Below are positions 50,824 through 60,938 of a stretch of 64,000 nt of DNA, piece after piece (the stretch's first letter is position 1; the number at the start of each line of letters is the position of its first letter). The notes under the pieces were generated by a model, which did not search any database, was not told the DNA's origin, and saw only the letters and a list, made by a program, of their open reading frames with translations. The DNA is from Candidatus Poribacteria bacterium (lineage in GTDB: Bacteria > Poribacteria > WGA-4E > WGA-3G): NCBI GenBank assembly GCA_965242965.1, contig OZ251518.1, positions 2,304,001 through 2,368,000 of the forward strand, written 5' to 3'. Made by a program: the position numbers and the translations under genes.

Positions 50824-51738
50824 ATGAACAACCGATACCTTGACGAATTGAACAAAAGAATCCGGTTAAACCCCCGAAACGCCGAGGCGTATCGCGAGAG
50901 GGGGGATGTCTACCGATACCTACAAGAATTTGACAAAGCTATCATTGACTATAGTAAAGCCATCAAACTTGAACCGGGGGATGCCAAAACCTATCGCAAC
51001 CGGGGTTACGCTTATAGCAACGCCGAAAAGTATGACAGGGCTATCGCAGATTACAACGAGGCACTCAAAATCGACCCGGGATACGCCGCGGCTTACTGCG
51101 ACCGGGGTTTCGCCTACGACGAAAAAGGCGAGTATGATAGGGCGATTGCGGACTACGACGAAGCCATCCGCATCGATGCGGAATACGCTATGGCTTACTG
51201 CAACCGGGGCTACGCTTACAGACGCAAAGAAGAACTTGACCAGGCTATTGCGGATTACTCAAAGGCGATTGAACTCGATGCTGAATATGCGCTCGCCTAC
51301 CGGAACCGCGGCTCTGCTTACCGACACATGGGCGAGCATGACAAGGCGATTGCGGACTACAACGAAGCCATCCGCATCAGGCCCGACTACTTCCTCGCTT
51401 ACCTCAACCGGGGGCATGTCTACACCGAAAAACGCGAGTATGACAAGGCACTTGCCGATTTCGACGAAGCGGTCCGCCTGGGTCCCGAAGATTCCGTTAT
51501 TTACTGCCAAAGGGGCATCGCTTATCGGCATCTCGGCGAGTATGACAAAGCGATTGCGGACTTCAATGAAGCGATCCGATTGGAGTATGACTACGCGCAT
51601 GTCTACTACGAACGCGGTGTCGTCCACTACAAAAAAGGCGATTATGAGAAGGCATTGATGGATTTAGGCGAGGCGATTCGTTTGAATCATGCGTTTGCGG
51701 ATGCGTTTGCGGCGGAGTATGCTGCGAATTTTTCGTAG
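50824..51738 (+). CDS. tetratricopeptide-repeat protein (about 8 TPRs)
   Basis: 34-aa periodic AY.NRG.AY...GEYDKAIADY.EAI units. Confidence 0.92.
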   Translation: MNNRYLDELNKRIRLNPRNAEAYRERGDVYRYLQEFDKAIIDYSKAIKLEPGDAKTYRNRGYAYSNAEKYDRAIADYNEALKIDPGYAAAYCDRGFAYDEKGEYDRAIADYDEAIRIDAEYAMAYCNRGYAYRRKEELDQAIADYSKAIELDAEYALAYRNRGSAYRHMGEHDKAIADYNEAIRIRPDYFLAYLNRGHVYTEKREYDKALADFDEAVRLGPEDSVIYCQRGIAYRHLGEYDKAIADFNEAIRLEYDYAHVYYERGVVHYKKGDYEKALMDLGEAIRLNHAFADAFAAEYAANFS

Positions 51739-51786
51739 TTGCGAATTTCAATTCGCAACTACGCGCGAAATGTGTTGGCATTAATT

Positions 51787-52076
51787 GCGGGTGTTTCATA
51801 TTTCGATTTCTTCCCGGTAGGAGAGACCTCGGGTCTCGATGTTCCCGTAGCGCGGGGGCCTGTCCCCCGCGAGCTCTATCGTCCCGATGTGTGTTCCCCC
51901 ATTGTAGTTTGTGATCGCCTGATCACAAACAGGTTAGGATCAGGCGAGCCTGACTTACAGGGCCTGGCGCGCGAGCGATGGCGAGGGACAGGCCCTCGCC
52001 CTACGGTGAAGTGCCGTTTTTTTCCCGTAGCGCGGGGGCTGTCGCCCCGACGTTGAGCGATTTAGGAAACACCCTC
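51787..52076. mobile_element. MITE-like composite element H
   Basis: GCGGGTGTTTCATA...TTAGGAAACACCCTC, TTAAT on both flanks. Confidence 0.7.
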
Positions 52077-52213
52077 AGTTAATACGCTCGGTTTTCTATA
52101 CCGAGACACGCCGATGGATTTCATATCAATTTTCCAATAGGAGAGCGAATCAACCTCACTTTTAGAGTCATCTGGAAGAGATAACAATCCATTCACCCAC
52201 AGAGGGGATTCCT

Positions 52214-53152
52214 ATGCATCAACCAACAAAAACTCATCACACTGCGAAAGATTTATCGCCCAAAGAACTTGCGGCGTATCGCGAACGTCTCAACGAACAC
52301 TTCCGCAACCGAAAAGTGGATGAGGCATTGTTGCAGCGTGCGTGGCAGACAGCGCACCGCGTGGCGGCGATGCTTTATGAGGAATTCGGCGCGACGCGTG
52401 TTGCAGTTTTCGGTTCGCTAGCGGAACGGGATTGGTTCTCACCCTGGTCGGATATTGATATCGCCGTTTGGGGCATTCCCGCTGATAAATACCTCAAGGC
52501 ACTCGTAGAAGCTAAGCATATTAGCCGTTGGTTCAAAGTAGATCTGGTTGATTTCGAGGGCTGCGAAGGGCTGTTTCGCGAGCGCGTCCAAAGTCAAGCC
52601 GTTCCTATTGAAAAAGGGACGGAGTTCGGCACGCCTATTTATAGGACAGACGTTCAACGCGAAGCCGAAGACGTTTACGAAGTGAACAGCCGAAAACTGA
52701 TTCGGCGTATCGCCGCGGAACGCGCGGAAATAGCACGCGTCGTAGCACAAATCGGAGAAGCGTTACAACACATTGAAGAAGCACCGGCGCGATACAGGCA
52801 CGGTGCGGAGATCGAGATTGCCAGATACCTCTACGAAATCTATATGGGTATGGAGAACATTTTCCGGGAAATCGCCCGCGATGTTGATGGGGATATACCT
52901 GAAGGAGCGGAATGGCATAAGGCTTTGCTGAAGCAGATGACAGAAGCGCGCGAGGAGCGTCCGCCTCTTGTCTCTCAAAAAACCTTTGGCCTTTTAGAGA
53001 ACCTTTTAGGCTTCCGCCACGTTTTCGCGCATATCTATTCCGTGAAACTCAATTATGAAGAAACGGAGAAGAATGCCAAGCGCGTAGGCGAGTTAGCCAA
53101 CGCGCTTTTTGCAGAGTTGGACACGTTCATCTCCTCTCTTTCATTGACGTAG
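52214..53152 (+). CDS. fused MNT nucleotidyltransferase - HEPN (HepT-like) RNase
   Basis: VFGS(x10)DID and VDLV (MntA-like); RHVFAHIY = RX4HXY (HepT-like) in one ORF. Confidence 0.85.
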   Translation: MHQPTKTHHTAKDLSPKELAAYRERLNEHFRNRKVDEALLQRAWQTAHRVAAMLYEEFGATRVAVFGSLAERDWFSPWSDIDIAVWGIPADKYLKALVEAKHISRWFKVDLVDFEGCEGLFRERVQSQAVPIEKGTEFGTPIYRTDVQREAEDVYEVNSRKLIRRIAAERAEIARVVAQIGEALQHIEEAPARYRHGAEIEIARYLYEIYMGMENIFREIARDVDGDIPEGAEWHKALLKQMTEAREERPPLVSQKTFGLLENLLGFRHVFAHIYSVKLNYEETEKNAKRVGELANALFAELDTFISSLSLT

Positions 53153-53202
53153 CGCGAGGGCCTGTCCCTCGCGTTCCTTCTCATCGTTCATGCCGCCTCT
53201 CT

Positions 53203-53574
53203 TTAATGGCCCACGTCGTCTCTATCAGGACTCGCGCTCCACTGGTAGATCTGCCCATCAGCGTCCACATAGAATTTGATAGTCCGTTGCATCCCACTCA
53301 GCAGTTGCGCTTCACCCGGCACCAACGAGTATCTCCGTTTGCTGAAGTCTCTTTGCACCGGCCGCAGCAGCTGCCAGACGTAAATCCGGCCGCTAGTGCG
53401 GTTCTCAATTACCTGTTGCGGCTGTCCCCATTTCTGGATTACCTCTGAAATGTGCTTTCCCTTCCACGCATCCACCGCGCGTCGCTGTGATGGCTGCTCT
53501 TGCGTCGCCGTGTGTGGCGCACAACTTGTCAAGAGAATACACGCTATGATTGTAAGAATGCCTAAGATTTTCAT
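53203..53574 (-). CDS. hypothetical lipoprotein
   Basis: Lipobox LTSC; WKG..I.EVI..WG.P pattern. Confidence 0.65.
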   Translation of the reverse strand: MKILGILTIIACILLTSCAPHTATQEQPSQRRAVDAWKGKHISEVIQKWGQPQQVIENRTSGRIYVWQLLRPVQRDFSKRRYSLVPGEAQLLSGMQRTIKFYVDADGQIYQWSASPDRDDVGH

Positions 53575-53649
53575 GGGTAAAATTCCTTAGGTTTGTGGCG
53601 AATAGGGATGCCCGGTACAAGTGTAAAGTCGGCTCTGTCTAAAAGGGGC

Positions 53650-53795
53650 CTGGCGAGGGACAGACCCTCGCTCTACAGTTCAAGAGAAATGCACGGCACA
53701 GCGAGGGACAGGCCCTCGCCCTACGGTTCAAGAGAAATGGTAGGAGAGACCTCCCGGTCTCGATGCCCTACATTTGCAGGCCCTCGCACTACGGT
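53650..53795. repeat. REP cluster
   Basis: GCGAGGGACAG.CCCTCGC.CTAC.GTTCAAGAGAAATG x2 plus GTAGGAGAGACCTCCCGGTCTCGAT. Confidence 0.7.
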
Positions 53796-53833
53796 AAATT
53801 GCGGGTAAATTGCGGCGGGATTCGCGCCGCACC

Positions 53834-55552
53834 TCAAACTACGCGCGTTACATACACATAATACGCGCCGATTGCTAATTCGCCTGCCTCATCGGAAAAC
53901 ACGGTGTGGAGGCGCGTCTCGCCGGCTTGCAAGTCAAACGTGAACGTCACACCTGTTGCATCGGGTGCGATTTCTTGCGTCGCGTCCTGTTCGCCGATGC
54001 GGATGTGTGCAGTCTTCAAATCTAAGGCGCGCCCGCCGTGATAAAGCCCGAGCTGCTCACTAGGGATTCCCTCCGTTATCGCTCTACCTTCCTCGTGAGG
54101 CCAGCGGCAGAGCTCAAACCGATACGTCCCGGCTTCCGAGATGTCCACAGCCCAATAGCCGTTGCATTCCATGCCGCGGCGAATCATCCCCTGACTCCAC
54201 GCGTGCGCTTCGCCGTGCCAATCGTGCGTTGTTAAACAGGCAACCTGCTCATGCTGCGTGCCGACAACAATCGGGCATTCTTCATCAAACCGTTCGGAGA
54301 CTAAGTCCCACCACGCTTCATACTCCTCGCGCAACTCGGCGACTACCTCCGGATGCGCCTCGGCGATGTCGTGCTGTTGCCCCGGGTCGGCTTGGATATC
54401 GTAAAGTTCGGTGCCGTTGACGAGCCGCCACCGCTGCGACATCGTCGCGCTGTCTTTCCACTTAATCGGGTTCTCAACGCGCTGCGAATCGGTGACGATA
54501 ACGCGTTCTTGCCAATCCTCTTTCTCGTTCCGCAAAAGCGGCGCGATGCTGGTGCCGTGGAACTCCGCGCTTGAAGAGACTTCCAATTCACATAGCTCGA
54601 TGAGCGTCGGCAAGATATCAATGTTAGCGGTGAGTTCGTCAACATCTCGTCCTTCCGTGAAACCGCCGGCGGGCCAATGTAGGAAGAGCGGCACGCGATG
54701 CCCACCTTCATAAGGCGAGCCCTTTTTCCCGCGCATGCCAGCGTTATAGCCAGCTTGCACAAACCCCTGCCTATCTATATCGCACCCCGCGGCGGAGCCG
54801 TTATCTGTCATGAAGATGAGAATCGTGTTCTCCTGCAGTCCCAAGACTCGGAGATGGTGCCGCAGCCGCGCCATATTGTCATCTATATTGGAAATCATCC
54901 CGTAGAAATTAGCTCGCTCCGCTGGCAGTCCCTTCCGACGATACACCTCGCTGTAGGCATCGGGAACGCGAAACGGCCCATGAGGCGCGTTCGTCGGCAC
55001 ATAACAGAAAAATGGACGTTCTCGGTTGCGTTCAATAAACGCCATCGCCTCCTGAAACCAGACATCGGTGCAGTAGCCGTCATAAGGCTGTTCCGAACCG
55101 TTTCTAAAGTAGGTATCGTCAAAATAGTCGTTACCCCAGTAATCCGGCGTTTGACTGATACCGCCGCCGCCGTGGTAGAGGGCTTCTTCAAACCCTCTGT
55201 CGTGTGGCCGGAACGGATAATTATCGCCGAGGTGCCATTTGCCGAACATGCCGGTTTTATAGCCATTGCGCCGGAAGATATCTGCCATCGTGACTTCATC
55301 GCTGCGGAGGAGCGAGCGGCCGCCGATGGTATGCCACACGCCGGCGGAGTTGCAGTAATGCCCAGTCATGATGCCGGCGCGCGTTGGGGAACAGGTAGGG
55401 CCGACGTGTAGATTCTGCAGCCTCACGCTATTTTCAGCGAGCGCGTCCAGATTCGGTGTCTGAATAACGGGGTTTCCGGTGCATCCCAAGTCGCCGTAAC
55501 CCTGGTCATCGGTAATCACGAAGACAAGGTTTGGTGCTGTCTGATGTGCCAC
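53834..55552 (-). CDS. arylsulfatase (Cys-type formylglycine sulfatase)
   Basis: TDDQG, CSPTRAGIMTG, GKWHLG, TDNG, KGSPYEGGHRVP. Confidence 0.92.
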   Translation of the reverse strand: MAHQTAPNLVFVITDDQGYGDLGCTGNPVIQTPNLDALAENSVRLQNLHVGPTCSPTRAGIMTGHYCNSAGVWHTIGGRSLLRSDEVTMADIFRRNGYKTGMFGKWHLGDNYPFRPHDRGFEEALYHGGGGISQTPDYWGNDYFDDTYFRNGSEQPYDGYCTDVWFQEAMAFIERNRERPFFCYVPTNAPHGPFRVPDAYSEVYRRKGLPAERANFYGMISNIDDNMARLRHHLRVLGLQENTILIFMTDNGSAAGCDIDRQGFVQAGYNAGMRGKKGSPYEGGHRVPLFLHWPAGGFTEGRDVDELTANIDILPTLIELCELEVSSSAEFHGTSIAPLLRNEKEDWQERVIVTDSQRVENPIKWKDSATMSQRWRLVNGTELYDIQADPGQQHDIAEAHPEVVAELREEYEAWWDLVSERFDEECPIVVGTQHEQVACLTTHDWHGEAHAWSQGMIRRGMECNGYWAVDISEAGTYRFELCRWPHEEGRAITEGIPSEQLGLYHGGRALDLKTAHIRIGEQDATQEIAPDATGVTFTFDLQAGETRLHTVFSDEAGELAIGAYYVYVTRVV

Positions 55553-55693
55553 GATAATGCCTCCTATTGACGTGCAGTAAATTACCAGTGAGTTCGGGGA
55601 AACCGCGAGTTACCGTAGGGCGAGGGCCTGTCCCTCGCCATGCTAGGTGCCGCGAGTCCCCGTAGAGCGAAGACTTGGGCCTCGCTATGCTAC

Positions 55694-56881
55694 TTACTGC
55701 AACGCCGCTTTAATCCTGTCCAACCCTCGATGGATTTCCGTCAACGACGTAGCGAAAGAGAGGCGGAGGTGATTGTCCGCGCCGAATCCATCGCCCGGCA
55801 CAACACCAACGCCAGCCGAATTGAGCAGATAATCGGTGATGTCCATCGAACCTCCGATCTTTTTGCTGTCAAGCGTGCGTCCATAGTGCCCCGAAAAATC
55901 GGGGAAGATATAGAACGCGCCCTGCGGTTTGACGTAACTCACGCCGTCAATCTCATCAAAACGTTGACAGATGACATTTCGGCGTTCCTCAAACGCCTGC
56001 CGCATCTCTTCCACGGCATCTTGAGGTTGCGTCAATGCGGCGACAGCGGCTTTCTGCGCGATAGAAGTCGGATTAGAGGTGCTGTGCGATTGTATGCGTG
56101 ACATCGCCTGAATCGCATCCTCGGGTCCGGCGGTATACCCGATGCGCCATCCTGTCATCGAGTAGGCTTTGGACACGCCGTTGACGACGAACGTTATTGC
56201 CTTCGTCTCCTCGTTGAAGGATGCGGGGCTCACGTGCGTTGCGCCATCGTAAAGCAACGCCTCGTAAATCTCATCGGAGATGAGGTAGAGTTGGTTTTTG
56301 ACGACGATTTCGGCAATCTGCTTGAGCGTCTCCACATCGTAAGTGGTGCCGGTAGGATTGCTTGGGCTGTTAATCAGCACCGCTTTTGTCTTGGGACTGA
56401 TTGCCGCTTCAATCTGTTCCGGTGTCATGCAGAAGTTCTGCGCGGGCGTGGTATCAATCACGCGCGGGATAGCCCCGGCGAGTTTAACCTGTTCGGGATA
56501 ACTCACCCAATACGGCGCGGCGAAGATGACTTCGTCGCCCGGGTCGCAGATGGCTTGCAGGATGTTATAGATGGTATGCTTCGCGCCACAAGAGACGATT
56601 ACCTGCGAGGGGGCATAGTCTAAGCCGTTGTCCCGTTTGTATTTCGCGGTGACAGCCTCTCGGAGTTCGGGTGTGCCGGGGACAGGCGTGTATTTGGTTA
56701 GTCCTGCGTCAAGCGCGTCGATAGCGGCGGCTTTAATATAGTCAGGTGTGTCAAAATCGGGTTCGCCTGCGCCGAATTTGACGACATCGATGCCGTCGGC
56801 TATCATGGCGTTAATTTTCGCGGTAATCGCCAACGTGGACGAGGGTGTCACGTTTTGGCTTCGTTGTGATAATGCTATCAT
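55694..56881 (-). CDS. aspartate / class I PLP aminotransferase
   Basis: GEPDFDTP, NSPSNPTG, SDEIY, SKAYSMTGWRIG. Confidence 0.92.
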   Translation of the reverse strand: MIALSQRSQNVTPSSTLAITAKINAMIADGIDVVKFGAGEPDFDTPDYIKAAAIDALDAGLTKYTPVPGTPELREAVTAKYKRDNGLDYAPSQVIVSCGAKHTIYNILQAICDPGDEVIFAAPYWVSYPEQVKLAGAIPRVIDTTPAQNFCMTPEQIEAAISPKTKAVLINSPSNPTGTTYDVETLKQIAEIVVKNQLYLISDEIYEALLYDGATHVSPASFNEETKAITFVVNGVSKAYSMTGWRIGYTAGPEDAIQAMSRIQSHSTSNPTSIAQKAAVAALTQPQDAVEEMRQAFEERRNVICQRFDEIDGVSYVKPQGAFYIFPDFSGHYGRTLDSKKIGGSMDITDYLLNSAGVGVVPGDGFGADNHLRLSFATSLTEIHRGLDRIKAALQ

Positions 56882-57119
56882 GAATTCTCCTTTTTTGTTG
56901 TTCGCAAGGCGTTCGATAACGGTTGTCTGTACGATGACATCCTTCTCCGTATATCCGTCATTGACGTTGTCAATGACTACGTTTTTGATGCTGACGTTGT
57001 CAATGACTACGCTTTTGATGCTATTGAAAATAGTGTTTTGAGTTGGTTGATGAGGCCCGCTCCAACAGACACCAACTCTGAATAGAAAAAAGTGGGCAGA
57101 TTTTGTGCAGCTAACCGGT

Positions 57120-58181
57120 TTACGAGACAGAGATTTTCAGATACAAATCTCCCTGTCCACCACCAACTGTCGGGTATCCTTGTCCTCGAATCCGCAAGGT
57201 TTGCCCATCTTTAGCGCCGGCAGGAACTTTAACAGTCAACTGCTTTCCGCCAACGAACATTACTGCGCGCCCTCCCTGTTTCGCGCATGCAGAACTAATC
57301 GTCAGCGTTTTGTAGGCATCGCCATCGCGAGTTCCCTTGTCCGGGATAACGTCGTCCTCAAGCAGGTTCTTGAGCCACTTTAGGGCATCCGATGCCTTCA
57401 CGCCAAAAACTTTTTCAAGTTCGGATTTCGCGGCTTCTAACTGCTCAGTCTGCTGTTTAAGCCGTTCTAGCACGGAGGGCTGTTTCTTCCACTCAGCACC
57501 GCGTTCCAACTCGGATTTCTGCTGGTTTAGCAAGTTAATCCTTTGTTGAAGTTGTTCAAGAGCCGATTGGCGTTTTTGCTCCGCAAAAACAGCCGTATCA
57601 AAGCGAGCACGAGGAACCTCTTGGAACTGGTTGCGCCCCAGATTTTCGTGAAAAGTCCACAAATCGGGTTTCGTGCTATTGGCAAAGATACCGAATGGCG
57701 CATGAGTTGTGCCGAGGTAGGACTGCAACTGCGTAATCCCGTTACCTATGAACCCATTTCGTTTGCACACTGCGACAGCGGCAAGGTTTCCGTCACCGTC
57801 ACAAAGCACAACGTCGGCGTTGGAGGTGCTTGCCCCGATGCGAATCGGATATTGCCGCTTAACAGAAAACGGAGATGGAAACAAACCAGATAGATAACGC
57901 GCGACTGCCTTTTCCACTTCACTTTGAGACTCTACACGCTCCTGTTGCGGAGATGTCGAAGGGTGCTGAATAGATATTTTAACGTATAAATCACCCGGCT
58001 CTCCTCCGCCGATGGAGTAACCGCGGCCCTTCAGTCGCAAGGTTTGTCCATCTTTAATGCCAGCCGGAATCGTCAAGTGCAAGTCCTTTCCGTTGACATT
58101 TATCTGTCTGACACAACCGCGAGTTGCAGCTGTTGAGGAAATGGTTATCTTTGCGTGAACGTTATTTGCTGTAAAATTCAT
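57120..58181 (-). CDS. DnaJ C-terminal domain - HsdR_N-like PD-(D/E)xK domain - coiled coil - DnaJ C-terminal domain
   Basis: IPAGIKDGQTLRLKGRG...GDLYV and VPAGAKDGQTLRIRGQG...GDLYL; central QYPI..ADVVL..AVCK..GITQLQSY..FGIFAN. Confidence 0.75.
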   Translation of the reverse strand: MNFTANNVHAKITISSTAATRGCVRQINVNGKDLHLTIPAGIKDGQTLRLKGRGYSIGGGEPGDLYVKISIQHPSTSPQQERVESQSEVEKAVARYLSGLFPSPFSVKRQYPIRIGASTSNADVVLCDGDGNLAAVAVCKRNGFIGNGITQLQSYLGTTHAPFGIFANSTKPDLWTFHENLGRNQFQEVPRARFDTAVFAEQKRQSALEQLQQRINLLNQQKSELERGAEWKKQPSVLERLKQQTEQLEAAKSELEKVFGVKASDALKWLKNLLEDDVIPDKGTRDGDAYKTLTISSACAKQGGRAVMFVGGKQLTVKVPAGAKDGQTLRIRGQGYPTVGGGQGDLYLKISVS

Positions 58182-58326
58182 CAGGGCTTCTCAAACTCCT
58201 TGAGCAAACGCCGCTGTCTCCGCGACAGCGAGCTCGCCTTTGCGTCCTTCGGTACCCGATGGAAAACACCAACGAATACAAATGCTCGCCAACTGCATGA
58301 AACTATGCCCCCGGCGGCAGTCGGAA

Positions 58327-59292
58327 TTATGTTGCGGCATCCCGATTTTCTGAAGGCTCGGTGCCGTTGCCATTCGCCGCTAACGTCTGCGCGAACGCCT
58401 CAAGACTTTGTGCCTGAAACGCTTCACGGCGCAACTCTTTTAGACGCTGCAATTCTTCAATCGCTTCAAGCGTTGGCTGCAAGGTTGTCCCAATGCCGGC
58501 ATCGAACCGAACATCTAGGGTTTCAAGAATGCCTTCGATGATGCTCTCTCGCGCACCCTGCTCAATGCCTTGCTCGATGCCTTGTTGTAAGAAGTGTTGC
58601 ACAACAGAAGATTCGTACATCGTTGCCTCCGATATAAATTGGTGAATAGTGTCCCAATCGAATTTTAAGCCGCTCAAGACACCCATACATCCCAGATAAT
58701 CTGCACTCTCGGATGCATCCTGGGGCACAGCTTCGGCGGCTGCAACACATCGGCTGAGCCAAGCCTCACCGTCCACTCCCGCAGGCGGCTTCATCAACGG
58801 CGCAAACGGAATTACCCCTTTCAGGCTTGCATCCAAAACCGCTTGCCCCTCTAACTCGCACAAGCGGATAACCTTGTAGCGGATGAGGATTTCATACCCA
58901 AACCGGGTTTGCTTGTATTCACCCGGGTCGTTGAGTCCTGCCTTCTCGTGCAGGTAAATGACATGCGAACATACCTCCTTCTGAAACCTTTCCAACCCGC
59001 GTCCCGCATAGCCAGCAACGCGATACGGCATCGGAATCTTCGTGCTGTCGTGCGTCTGAATTTCCAGATGCACGATGATTTCCTCACCGTCCACTTCCGC
59101 CTCGATGAAACTGTCGGCGCGATTGGATTTGACGGTAAGTTGCTCGGTTTCAATCACCTTAATGAACTTTGCATTCGGGATACCGAGGGCAAAGCGGAGC
59201 CAGTCCTCTGGATTTTTCTGAATCACCTCCTTTGATACAATGTCATATCGCCCAGCAGGTAATTCAGGGTTCTTCGGTTTTTGGGTTGCCAT
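58327..59292 (-). CDS. Rpn family recombination-promoting nuclease / putative transposase
   Basis: RADS..HLEIQT..MPYRV; MYESSV...QGIEQGIEQG tail. Confidence 0.85.
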   Translation of the reverse strand: MATQKPKNPELPAGRYDIVSKEVIQKNPEDWLRFALGIPNAKFIKVIETEQLTVKSNRADSFIEAEVDGEEIIVHLEIQTHDSTKIPMPYRVAGYAGRGLERFQKEVCSHVIYLHEKAGLNDPGEYKQTRFGYEILIRYKVIRLCELEGQAVLDASLKGVIPFAPLMKPPAGVDGEAWLSRCVAAAEAVPQDASESADYLGCMGVLSGLKFDWDTIHQFISEATMYESSVVQHFLQQGIEQGIEQGARESIIEGILETLDVRFDAGIGTTLQPTLEAIEELQRLKELRREAFQAQSLEAFAQTLAANGNGTEPSENRDAAT

Positions 59293-59529
59293 AGTCTATG
59301 TTTTTCGCGCTAGTATCGGCACCTCGCCAGAGTATTCTATCCATCAAAATAGTCCATTGAGGCTTTCACCGGTTCTCTGTTCGCCATCAATAAGTTAATT
59401 ATAACAAAAAATGGAACTTCATGCAAGAAAAAATCAAAATTAATGAAGTTTTTCCCGCACACCGGATTTTAATTGAAAATATCACACTTTTATGATACAC
59501 TATTTCTGTGACATTTACAAGGAGAAGCC

Positions 59530-60840
59530 ATGCAACAACTTTACGATACCCGAGCACCCAACCCGCCTTCACGTGCTATCCTCGTCGGCGTGAAACTCCG
59601 AGATGCCTCGATGCACGAAACAGAGGAGTCTTTGCAGGAACTGCGACAACTCACTGAAACGGCAGGCATCAAAGCCGTGTGTGAGACGATTCAACCGCGC
59701 AATGTGCCAAATCCAACCTATTTTATCGGCGAAGGTAAAGTCGAGGAACTAAAGACGCTCACCGCAGAACTCGAAGCGGACGCGGTTATCTTTGACGAAG
59801 AATTGTCACCGGCGCAAACGCGAAATATCGAACAAGCACTCGATGTTGCTACTGTTGATAGAACCGGGCTTATCCTCCAGGTCTTCGCCCAACGCGCCTC
59901 GACTAAGTCGGCACGCTTGCAGGTAGCCTTAGCGCAACTGGAATACGCGCTCCCACGCTTGACACGGATGTGGACGCACCTCTCGCGACTCGCGACCGGG
60001 GCTGGAGGCGGCGGCGGTTACCTCCGTGGGCCGGGTGAAACGCAACTTGAGATGGACAGACGTTGGATTCGCCGACACATCTCGCAAGTCAAAAAAGCAT
60101 TAGACACGGTGGAAAAGCGGCGGCATGTTCAGCGACGCAACCGCGCGGAAAAAATTAATGTCTCCCTCGTCGGCTATACGAACGCAGGGAAATCAACGCT
60201 CTTTAACGCGCTCACCGGTGAAAGCGTCCTCGCTGAAAACCAGTTGTTCGCGACGTTGGACTCTACCACGCGGAAACTGAGTCTGCCACACAATCAGCAG
60301 ATACTGCTGAGCGATACCGTCGGATTCATTAAGAAGCTGCCGCATCAACTCGTCGCCGCGTTTAAGGCGACGTTAGAAGAGGTAGCGGAGGCAGATCTGT
60401 TGCTCCACGTCGTTGATGTCAGCCATCCGGAGGCGGAGGCACAAATTGACGCAGTCAACGAAGTTCTCGCCGAATTGGATGCCACCGACATCCCGATGCT
60501 GATGGCTTTTAACAAGTGCGACCGGCTTGAAACGGAAGATGCACACCCCATCCTGCGGAGCCGCTATCCAGAAGCACTACCTATCTCTGCACAACGCGGG
60601 GACGGCCTTGAAACGTTGAGAGAAGCATTGGCGCAACGTTTTGTCAATCGCGGTGCCACGGTAGAACTCAGCATCCCCTATACAGCGGGAAAAACCTTGG
60701 ATCTACTCTATAAACACGGCACGGTGCTTGATACCGTCTATGGCGCGGAGGCTGTCCGCGTGAACGCGCGCGTGCCGAGTCGCTATCTCAAAACGTTTAA
60801 GCCATTTCTAGTTCCTGCAGACGAAGCGGAGACTTACTAG
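59530..60840 (+). CDS. hflX: ribosome-splitting GTPase HflX
   Basis: RGPGETQLE, GYTNAGKS, LFATLD, DTVGFI, NKCD. Confidence 0.95.
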   Translation: MQQLYDTRAPNPPSRAILVGVKLRDASMHETEESLQELRQLTETAGIKAVCETIQPRNVPNPTYFIGEGKVEELKTLTAELEADAVIFDEELSPAQTRNIEQALDVATVDRTGLILQVFAQRASTKSARLQVALAQLEYALPRLTRMWTHLSRLATGAGGGGGYLRGPGETQLEMDRRWIRRHISQVKKALDTVEKRRHVQRRNRAEKINVSLVGYTNAGKSTLFNALTGESVLAENQLFATLDSTTRKLSLPHNQQILLSDTVGFIKKLPHQLVAAFKATLEEVAEADLLLHVVDVSHPEAEAQIDAVNEVLAELDATDIPMLMAFNKCDRLETEDAHPILRSRYPEALPISAQRGDGLETLREALAQRFVNRGATVELSIPYTAGKTLDLLYKHGTVLDTVYGAEAVRVNARVPSRYLKTFKPFLVPADEAETY

Positions 60841-60938
60841 AATCAGCCCCGTAGGTGCGGTTTGAAACCGCGCCACTTGCGAAATGTGCGCTCTTACAAC
60901 GCGCGCCTACCAAGGCTTATAGACTTCGGTGTCAACTT

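Noticed and set aside
50906-51658. 250-aa alternative-frame ORF over the TPR gene
   Set aside because: Shadow of the repetitive TPR codons.
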